From Vicugna vicugna (lineage: Eukaryota), in assembly GCA_013265495.1 (NCBI GenBank), contig MU058714.1:620001-684000 (forward strand): 64,000 nt of DNA, written 5' to 3'. A model generated the notes under the pieces. That model saw only the letters and a program-made list of their open reading frames with translations, did not search any database and was not told the DNA's origin. Made by a program: the position numbers and the translations under genes. Of this stretch, positions 51,118 through 61,001 are shown in pieces; the stretch's first letter is position 1, and every line of letters begins with the position of its first letter.

Positions 51118-54100
51118 GTAGGGCCCTGAGGGGGCTGGGGATGCAGTGGGGGTCGTGGGGGTGGGCAGGCAGCTCAGTCCTGCCTCTCTTCCTAGAAATG
51201 GAAACTTCGGGCAGCAGGCAGCCCAGGCCAGCAGAGCAAGGTCGTCTGTGGCTAAAGAACTCTTTCTAGAAGAAGCACTTTTTTTAGAAATACGGTTTTA
51301 TCTGTCCCTTTGCTGGAGGCACCTGTCACTTTTTAAAGAGTTTCAATTTCGTTTCTCGAAGAGAACGTGGGGTTCCTATTCCCCTTGGGAATGGGAAGTA
51401 CTAGGCTGAGCCGAAGAATCTTAGAGGATTTCAGAGGGTGCTGCCTGGAAGTGGCATCCCAGCCCACCTGGTGGGGTGAGGGGTCTTTGCGGCTTGCACA
51501 AGCCCCTTCCTGGTGAGAGGCGGCCGGTGGGCGCATGTCAGGAGAGCTGTGCCAAGTGGGCCTCACCTGCTGACTCCTGTGGTTGCTTGATTCTCTCCGC
51601 AACTGGGACCTTAGACTGTCTCTCTGCCCCTCCTGGTACAAACTCAGCGTGCTCTGACCACAGGACCCTTGCACTGCCTGTTCCCTCTGCCTGGAACACG
51701 CCTTTCCTCAGAGGGCAGCACAGCTCCCTATCCTCCCCTTCCAGTCTTTGCTCAACTATCTCCTCTGTGGAGGCCCACTCTGACCCTCCATCCCTTCGCT
51801 CCCCGTGCACTTCCCCAGGCTTCAGTCCTGGGAGCCCTTGGACCACCCTTGGTGGGGCTTCAGAGATCTTGGTCCTCATGTTCGCTGTTCTATTCTGAGC
51901 CTCTTGTATGTGCCTGGAACACAGTAGGTGCTTGTAGTAACTGCTGAATCAATCAAAGAAGGTGCATTTGAGTCGGGGGTGGGACGGACGTCCCCAGTTC
52001 TTTGATCATTCTTGTTTCTGCTGCATTTGTACAAAGTGTTCACGTTACACATGCTTTCTCTGGACTGTATGAAGCATGAAGAGGTGGCGACTTTTTGTTG
52101 CTGGGTTTTTTTAATTTTCTTTACTGCTAACCTTTCAGGAGGGCTCTGGCTGAAAGTCAGACTTGAGGGCTCTGTCTTTTCTTCCGGAATACACAGGGCT
52201 CAGGGGGTCACAGAATCACGTGCTTTGTGGGCAGCCGAGTGTCTGTTCTCATCATCATCTTCTTAGTCCAGGTATCAAATCGTGGCATGGCTGAGGTCTT
52301 TGGTGTCCTGGCAGAATTTTCCACCTGCTGGGGTTCCCCACCCCTTGTCACTAGAACATCTGCCTGACTGGGGCCTTGGGAGGAGGGTTTTTGGGGGCCT
52401 ACAAGACTGAAAAAACAAATAAATCCAATGGGCTAACCTGTGTGTGATGTGCCTGACGCTGTGCTAAATACTGAGGGGGGAGCTGTCATCAATTCCATTT
52501 TAAGATGCCGAAAGTGAAGCCCAGAGAGGTTAAGTAACTCACCCACAGTCACTCAGCTAGCAACTGGCAGAGACAGGATTTAAACTCAGGCAGGTGGCCC
52601 CGGAGCCAGAGCCTGTGCCCTGGAAGGAAGCTGCGGTTGAGGGCTTGCTGGCCTCAGCGTTGTCGGGGAGGAAGAAATTTTCCTCTCCCTTCTGGTCCTT
52701 CTGGCTGGTCTCAATTAAGTTGACATGAGACAGACTAACAGGAGAAAATCAGGGCTTCCTCTGAGTCTCAGGTCCTGTGCCTGGCCCTCCAGAGACTGAC
52801 CCCTTTGGGAGGGTCTCCAGGAAAGCTGGCTCCCTCTGCTTCCCTTTAATTTTGTGCGGAGGGCTTTCACAGGGCTGCTGGTTTGTTTGCCAACAGAACA
52901 CAGGAGAAAGCCGTGTCTGAGAACACAGATGTGTGGCATTTGCACAAAATGCCGTGGGCGGTAACCTTCCAGGGTCCCACCAGTCCAGGCGGGTAGGGAG
53001 AGCAGGCAGGGCAGTGGTCCACCTTGGCCAGGTCAGAGGTCACTCCAGGCCCCCAGCCCTAAGCAGGGCATGGTCACTAACCCTCGCCTCTGAGCTGCTT
53101 GGCGTGTCTGCCAGCTCGAGGGCCGAAGGCTCTGAGAGCTGTTGGGGGTTGCTGGCTTCTGGGCTGCCCACCTCTCCTCTGTGAGCGCAGTGAGCGCTGG
53201 ATAGGGCCATTGTCCTTAGGGCTGGGTCACTGGGGGTGATCCCTAACTTGGGTCACTGGGCAGGGGCAGGAACCGAGTCCTGGTCACTCAGCACCTAATC
53301 ACAGGGCTGAGGACACAGATGTTGAATGGTGAGACAGCCGGGCTCCTGACCCTGATCGTTCCAAGAGCCTGGGGCTTAACGGGCTACCCTCAGCCACCCC
53401 ACCCCCACCGCTTCATGCCTGCAGTCTTGTCTGATTACTCACACCCCAGCTGAGCCTCTCTCATACAAGAAAGGAAACTGAAACCAAAATGTTGGGAGAC
53501 TTGGCTGGAGCTGCTAAGGGGGTTATTTCTGCCTTTCAGCTACTTATAGGTCTGCCAGGCTGCCCAGCCCGTGACCCTGGGCGTCCTGGACGCTAGGCTG
53601 CCTCTGGTGCTGCAGGTGTGGCCCATCCCTCTGGAACTCGGGCAGCGCCGGCATCCATGGAGCCGGGAGAGGCTGCAGTGCAGCTGCCCAGAGCTGCTGG
53701 GACACCTGGGTTGGGGCAGTCGTGGGAAGCCACGTGGATAAAGGTGTGAGAGGGGAGTGTGTGGAGAGTTCCAGGCCACCCTGGGCATAGGTCGAGGTTG
53801 GTCACCTTTGCCAGGGTGATGTTGGTGCCGTCTGACGGTGGAGCAGGGCTGATGCTCGCCTGGCCTGATGGTGAGGGCTCTTAATGCCAGCAGGTCTAGC
53901 GGGCAGAGGGTAGGTGGTGGTAAGGAGCCCCTTCCCCGCCCCAAGTTCCCGGTGTTCTGGCAGGTGCCCCGAGCAATCCAGGTGGGACTTCCCCCTTGAG
54001 TGCTGGGAGGTTATTTTGTGGGGGTTTCTGGGCAATGTATTTATTCTTTTATTTTCTGCGTTTTCCAAGTGTTACTTGTCTGTTGTCTCAGCAGCTGCCT

Positions 54101-57100
54101 GAGAGCCCGGAGGAGTCCAGGAAGGGCCAGGGGCCGCTGGGGGAGCTCGAGAGGCAGCTGCCGTGGGGACAGGCCGCCCCGGATCGGGCTGTGGCAGTGG
54201 GGGGCTCACTGGCCAGGGAAGGAGCCGCCCAGCTGTCCTTGCTTGTGGGCCCACTGCTGCGGCCACTTGGTTTCCATGGCTGCAGGGGAGGAAAACATCT
54301 TCGTCTTCCCTCCTAAATTCTTTGGCTGGTCTAAGAAATCGATAAAAGACAGATTAACATTTCATACGTACAGGAGCCCCATAAAAATAGGAGGCCCAGA
54401 AGACAGCCGGGTGCCTGCAGCTTCTGTTAACGTCCAGGTCTGGGAATACAAAGGGGAGGGGAGCTCTTCGAAGGAAGGCAGAGGAGACGTTTGGAAAACT
54501 GGGGTTGCTGTGTTATGCAGATAAGTTTCTTGGTGAAAAGTCATCTCTAGTAATGGTTCTTTTCCTGGTACTGGCCCCCTTTCGGATGGAAATTTCGGAT
54601 GGAAAATTTGTAAATTAATTGTCTTTAGCTGAAAATAATCCTTGAGCCAAAGTGGCGTATTTGGTGGCGCTCACTGCCCCTGCCCCCGGGCCACCTGGAG
54701 GTGGGAGGATCAGGGGGCTGGCAGCGCTGTGTTCTCTGGGGTGGCTGGTTTTGTTTTGTCTTCTAATTGCGGTAAACCATTTAAGACATATGATGGAAGA
54801 AATTTTCACAAACTGTGGCCCAGGGAAGTCGTTCGAGCTTACACCTGACTCAGCCTGAACTTTGTGTGAACTTGACCGGCCTGACTCATGTCCTGACAGA
54901 CAGACGTCACGCGTGTGCTTTAACCATTAAAGACCCCATTCTAAAGATAAGAATAAATACCTCCCTCCCCATGGAGTCCATGTCAGCACCCCCCAGACTA
55001 AAGGCTCCCCTCCCAGAAATCAGGTCACGCCGCCTTGCTGTGTGCATGCTGATCTTGAAGGGAGTGGCCCCTGTCCTCCGAGCTGCTGCGAGGCTGCCTC
55101 CCAGGCTGGATGGATAGTTCTCGGTTTGACTTCAATAAAACTCTCTTCTCCTCCTTGTTATGGATTGGTTGTTCGCGTTAACACTCAAAACTTAACCATT
55201 TTAACCACGTTTAGGTGCACAGCTGAGTGGCACTAGGCACGTTCACAGTGTAGTGCAGCCGTCACCCCCACCCGTCTCCAGAGCCTCTTCATCTTCCCAA
55301 ACTGGAGCTCTGTCCCCATCAGACACTTGACTCCCCTCCCTTCCCCGGCCCCTGGCACCCGCCACCCTGCTTTCTGTTTCTTTGAATTTGACTGCTCTAG
55401 GGCCCTCATACAAAAGCTTGAAGCAGGCGTTACTTTAGTCTTCAGGGCAGGGCAGCTGCAGCCCCCATTTTCCAGCTGAGGGCGGGGCCGGGGTTGCTGG
55501 GGCTCCCGGCTGGCTGGTGGCCGACCCAGGGGTGCATGCGCTGCAGACCAGGGCTCATTAGGGAGCCTCGGCCTTGGCGTCTGCGCGCCTGACTGATGTA
55601 GCTTGAACTAATTTCCTAGCAGTGATTTGGGCTTGCCTGTGAGGCCCCTGCCCTCCTCCCCATTCACGTGCTGATCAGCCATTGACCAGATTTGGGGATC
55701 TGTCTGAAGGCCCTCTCAGCTCTCTCTGGATACCTGTGTGTCTGTTTGCCTGCACGCACAGCTGTTTCGCAGCGCCGCTGCGGGGGAGGTCATGCTGCCC
55801 CGCGTGTGCGCACCTGGCGAGCCCGTGCCCCACCTGTCGGGGGACAGGAGTCTGCTCTGCCTGCAGGGTCTTTGAGGTTCACTTCCAGCCACGCCCGCTC
55901 TAGCTCTGGGCCAGTCGAAAAGGTGGAAATGGTACCTCTTGGTTTCACTTCCTTGATTGGTAGAGAAGCCAAGTATTTTTTCTTTTCTGTTCTTTCTTTC
56001 TTTTTTACATGTGTATTTATTGAAGTACAGTCAGTTTACAATTCCTGGTGCACAGCACAGTGCTTCAGGCCCACATGAACCTATGAATATTCGTTTTCAT
56101 ATTCTTTTTCACCGCAAGTTACTACAAGATATTGAATATGGCTCCCTGTGCTGTGCAGTAGAAACTTGTTGTTCATCTGTTTTATACACAGTAGTGTGTA
56201 TCTGCAGATCTCAAACTCCCAATTTATCCCTTCCCACCCCATTCCCCCGGCAACTGTTTTCTATGTCTGTGAGTTCAAGTGTCTTTTCAAGGGTTAAGAG
56301 CTGACTTGTAATTCTTCTTCTTTGAACTACCTCTTATTTTCCTTTGGGAAACTGTCTTTTTCAGATTATTTGTACTGATCTTCACAGGCACTGGCTGTTG
56401 ATATCGGAGGTGCCAGGAGGACTATGCGAGGTGCACACACCCGTGTCCAGACGAGGAGCTCTGGTCTGCACACGTCTCTGCGTCTTTCTCAGTTCCCCGC
56501 AGCCCTGCTTTGTCCTTGGGTGGCTGCCCTCACAGGGGCAAACTGGTCCGACAGTTTCTGAGCGCCGAGCATAGGGTCTGTTTGACTGAGAGCAAGGAGC
56601 TGATGGGTCAGAAACCCCAGGGACCAGCCCTGGAGCCGGGTTGTCCTGCCGATCACCGGTGCTGGGGAAACGCCAGCTTCTCATTGGACCAGGCTAGTGG
56701 AGGGCCGCCCCCGCTGTGGAGGCTGGAGGAAAGGAGAGGGGTCAGGACGCCCAGTTTGTCACCAGGGGCAGTGGCCCGGGCTGTTGTGCCTTATGAATAT
56801 CCTCCCAGCTTTGTTTAGTTCTTTGGCCTTAAGGATCATAGTGTGTTTGTAGACGTCCTGTTAATGAAAATCGTCCAGTGAATGGGTCCTGAGGGCTTGT
56901 GTGTTCCAGGAACAGGGAAGTCCAGGGAGAACAAAGCCACGGCTGCCTGCCTTCCTGAACTAACAGAGAAGGGCAGTGGTGATGCAGGAAAATGGACGTG
57001 GGGCGTTAGGAGGGCCTAGTCCCAGGTATCTGCTGAGCCCCTGGGACGTGCCCCGCCACGTGTGGGTCCTTGGCTTCGTGCAGGAAAGAATTCAAGTGCA

Positions 57101-59412
57101 AGCCACTGTTGAGTAAAGGTAGGTTTATTTAGAGAGACACACACTGCATAGAGTGTAAGGCAAGGGAAAGGCCAGGAAAGAGGTACAGAAATTGGGTGCT
57201 CAGGTTAAAGTGAAAGTAGGCACACACTCCACAGACAGAGCGCGGGCCGTCTGCAAAGGGGAGAAAGAGCGCCAAGGGCCTCTAGGCTGGTGGTGTCAGT
57301 TTTTATGGGCTCAGTAGCTTCACATGCCTACAGGTGGGACCATTCCAACAGCCCTGGGGAGGGGGCTGGGATTCCCAGGACTTGGACCACCACCCATCCT
57401 CTGGCCTTTTGCGGTCAGCCTCGGGGCTGTCATGGCTCCTGCTGGCGTGTTATTCGATCACCTGTTACAATGAGCATACAGTGAAGCTCAAGGTCTACTA
57501 GAAGTCAAACCTCTTAATCCTCAAGGCCAGCTGGGAGGTGAATCTTCCACCATTTTGGTGTTAAATTGCTGTCATTTCTTGAGTGGCTGTGTCCTGCCCC
57601 CTTCCCTCCTGTCTCAGTGATAAGACTGGGAGAGGCCCTGGGCTTGGGGATCAGGCTAAGGGAGGCTTCTAGGCAGATAAACCACCTGGAGTTGAAGGAG
57701 GAAGTAATGAGATGGCCGCACTTAGGCTGACAGACTGCTTGTTCGTATGCTCACCCTTAGAACGGTCAGCACACCTGACCGGCCAGGTGCTACTCACAGC
57801 TCCAGGCCCATTGTTTAAACCGAAGCTATTGATCTTACTGTTTCTACTTTATTCCAGTCATTGAAAGTGATAATCCTGCTTGGTCTCTGAGTCCTTTTCC
57901 AAGGAGAAGGTCACAGGACTGTAACCTTACAAAACAGCCTGAATTACCAAGAAGACCACCTCTTGAGTGCTCACGAGATTCTAGCCTCTGCAGAACTGGT
58001 CTCCTGGAGGCATCATGATGCTGCTCTAAGTCTTCTGATGAGAAAGTGATTCTGTTGCCTGTTACGATGCTTTACTGTTTGAGCTGTGGCTGTGTACCCA
58101 CCCCACCCCATCCCCAAGGGGGTGCACAGTGTTGAAGGCAGCAGCCTGCTGGGAGTCCCCTTTGCCCAGCGAGGTAATAAAGCTGCCTCTTTTCCTCTAA
58201 GCTCCAAAACCCGGGCTCTGAGTCATTTGGCTTGTCAGGGACGGGCCGATCTTTCGGCGGCAGAGTGTGTGTGTGTCTGTGGCGGGTGGGGGGTGGGCAC
58301 TGAGACCCTGATTGGAAAATGGAGGCCCCTGAAGGGCTCCTTGTGGGCGGTGGGGTCATTGTGTCAGGCACTCGGTGCTGTATTGATGATGGCTCTAAAT
58401 GAGGTGTGATTCTGGAAGCAGGCCAGCCCCCAGGGTACACAGATGGCCAGGGAGGTGTTGGGAGACCCCAGAGAGAAGGGCTGAGAATGGGGCGCCCACC
58501 CCTGCGGAGAGAGAGGAGCTGCTCTGGGGAAGGAGGGACGCGTGGCCGTTCCGTTTTGGAGCTCTGCAGACGTCAGGGTCCAGGTGGCTGTGCTGAGGGG
58601 GACACCGGGAAGTGCTGGACATTCCGAGCCCTCGCTCTCTTGCTGGGTTGGGGCCAGGATCCCGGGTCCCTCGTGCCCACCCAACAGGAGAAGTTGTCCA
58701 GGCTCGTTACTGAACGCAAGCAAGCGCGTGCTCCTGACACACCGGGAGGCCGAACACACGGAGACATGAGTTTGCAGCAGAGAAAGGTTTATTGCAGGAG
58801 GATGGGCAGCTCGTGCAGAAATGTCCCTGAAGTCCCCAGAGGGTTTCAGCTGCGCAATTTGTAAAGGCCGGCTGAGAGGGGGGCTTCCTACGTGTGTGAT
58901 CACCTGCACACAACTCTCTGATTGACGGTGATCAATCCTTAGGTGCCGGAAGGTCTGGGGGCTGAGTGCTCAGGATCATCAAGTAGTTAACTGCCATTTC
59001 CTGGTGGTTTTAGCATCTGAAAAACTCTGGAAATATGCATCAGACAGTTATCTGGGTCCTTCCAGAGGAGCTGCAGCAGAGGCTATGGGGGAGGGGTCTG
59101 TCCCGGGGAGGCCCTTGGGTCTTGCTGGGTTACTTGCCCCACCTGGAGCAGGAGAGGACTAATCCTGGACAACGCTTGAGGGAGGAGTCCGAGTCTTCCT
59201 TCCTGATGTTCACTTTTCCGAGACGTGACCCATGTGCATCTGCCTTTGTAGATTCTGAGAACAACCTCAAGGCGACATCGGCCCCAGAGGGAGAGATGGA
59301 GGGTGGACAAGAGCTGATGGAGGACAGCAGCTCTTTCTCATCCCTGGGCTCAGATGATTGGCAAGAAGCCCCAGGCAAGCCCTGTTCGGAAGCCTCCTGG
59401 CAAATCCAGACG
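51021..59412 (+). CDS. RNF213: RNF213/mysterin, 3'-partial CDS (first two coding exons; gene continues beyond the window)
   Basis: 51021-51117 [25 protein letters not shown].. joined in phase 1 to 59252-59412 [22 protein letters not shown]...PCSEASW; matches recalled RNF213 N-terminus and expected synteny after SLC26A11. Confidence 0.88.
54281..54683. mobile_element. ERV1-like LTR (boundaries approximate; related fragment at 52661-52748)
   Basis: Shared TG..GGGGAGGAA...GGCTGGTCT...AGACAGA.TAACA start in both copies. Confidence 0.5.
54791..55183 (+). mobile_element. ERV-type solo LTR inserted in an L1 3' fragment
   Basis: TG...CA ends, AATAAA 55134-55139, L1-like sequence resumes at 55184-55400. 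Confidence 0.55.
56000..56275 (-). mobile_element. L1 3' end fragment (younger family; similar pieces at 46850-46960, 61765-61887, 62230-62380)
   Basis: ATTGAAGTACAGTCAGTTTACAAT motif shared among copies. Confidence 0.65.
56980..57616 (-). mobile_element. ERV1-like solo LTR
   Basis: TG...CA termini, flanks GTGG/GTGA (imperfect 4-bp TSD), minus-strand AATAAA at 57124-57129. Confidence 0.65.
57740..58262 (+). mobile_element. ERV1-like LTR (5' boundary uncertain)
   Basis: AATAAAGC 58176-58183 followed by U5-like segment ending TTCGGCGGCA. Confidence 0.5.
58705..59134 (-). mobile_element. ERV1-like solo LTR
   Basis: (T)GTTACTGAA...GCAGAGAAAGGTTTATTGCAGG...GGGTTAC; degenerate termini. Confidence 0.55.
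59252..59412 (+). CDS. RNF213: RNF213 second coding exon
   Basis: tttgtag| and |gtgagt, 161 nt. Confidence 0.88.
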
Positions 59413-60515
59413 GTGAGTGCCCGGCCCCTGGGGAAGGGGGTCTGGAAGGAGCGGTTCTGTCCATCCGTGCTCTTCAGGGACGCTCTTTCCTGCTGTGGTT
59501 TCCTCAGTGGCTGAGCGAGATCCCCACGTCCGTATGTCCTCTCCAGGACGGCCTCCCTTCCCTGCTGTCCAGCCCCTTGGCCCCTGCGTCCTGGGCTGTG
59601 GCACAGCTGCCTCCTCGTGCCTGATTCCTCGCAGGATCCCTGTGTTCTTGCCCCTCTGGGGCCCCACCTCTTCCTCCTAGCAGACTCAGCACGCGTGTCT
59701 GCCAGAAGCTGGGTCTAGGCAGGGTCTGGGTGCCTAAGCTTCTGCCATGTGGGTGTCTGGCTCTTCTCTGGGCCTTTTGCATGGACTGTGCAGGCCCTGA
59801 GGTGCCTCCAGTCTCCAGGGGAAAGTCGGGTAGAGGGTGCTGGGGAAATGCTGCCAGCCAGACGCTCTTCTTCAAAGGGGAGCCGAATCCTGTCTCTCTG
59901 TGAGGGTCAGACCCCGAGAGAGCGTCTCCTAAGTGAACCAGGCTGGAGCCCAGGGGAGGCTTGCAGGGAGTTACCTGGACAGATTCAGGGAGGATGGTGG
60001 GGGAGAGGTCCCCGCGCCAGAGTCCAGCCTGTCCACACGCAGACGGCCGTGTCTGCTCCCTGGTCTCCTGCAGGGCTGACAGGGACAGTATCTCTTTGTC
60101 TGGGTGCTCTGGTGTCCTGTCTGGTCCTCAGTTGTTCCCTGTGGCTGGTGGGGTGGGAAGTGCTGCGGCGGCTGTGTTTGTGCACACTTGTGAGTGTGCG
60201 TGTGTGGTACGTACATGCGTGTGTGCATGTGAGTGTGTGTGCCCTGCCCCTCGGACAGTAGTCTCCAGAGCAGCATGGCCATCTCTGAGCCTGGGCCACG
60301 AGGGACACTGAAAATTTGGGCAAACTCTCGAAGTGAATGTCAAGGAACACAGACCGTTAGGAGGTGAATGCACGTGACACTGCGATTGAAAACGGTATTG
60401 AGCCCAGCGGGATTAGGGTTTTTTGGTTTTTTTTTTTTAATGAGGGGGAGGTAATTGGGTTTATTTATTTATCGATATTTGGAGGAAGTACTGGGGACCA
60501 GGACCTTGTGCATGT

Positions 60516-61001
60516 TGTCGACTGAAATAAATGCACAACCTGAAAGTTGAGGGTTATGTTTTCTTTGGCGGGAGGACTCTGAGCCGCGATGACAGCCTCT
60601 CGGATGCTCTGAGGGACTGCTCCGAAAAGTAGGGGAGGGGCTCGGATATATAGGAGCTTTACAGCACAGAGCAGGTAGTTGGAACAATAAGATTGCTTTC
60701 TGTCTAAAGAAAAACAGGCATCTCGAGTTAAAGAACTTAGCACTTTTCTCTGTGTGGGAGGAAGCAAACATTTGGGCTCACTGAATTCATTCGTTTGACA
60801 AGCACCGAGCTATGGAAGGCCAGTATCTTGCCCTTGATTATTCTGAGTCCACTCAGGGCACCACTGTGAGTGGCTGCAGAGGCCGGGCTGCAGGCTTGTC
60901 TTCACTGTTGGGGAGGGGGTGGGTGTGTGGCAGCGGCTGAAGACTTGATGGCTTCAGCATTCTTTGTTTCCTGATATGGTTTGCAGTATTTTTCGTTCAC
61001 A
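60516..61001. mobile_element. ERV1-like solo LTR (486 bp) splitting a tRNA-derived SINE
   Basis: TG...CA termini, flanks ATGT/ATGC; SINE halves at about 60420-60515 and 61002-61045. Confidence 0.75.
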
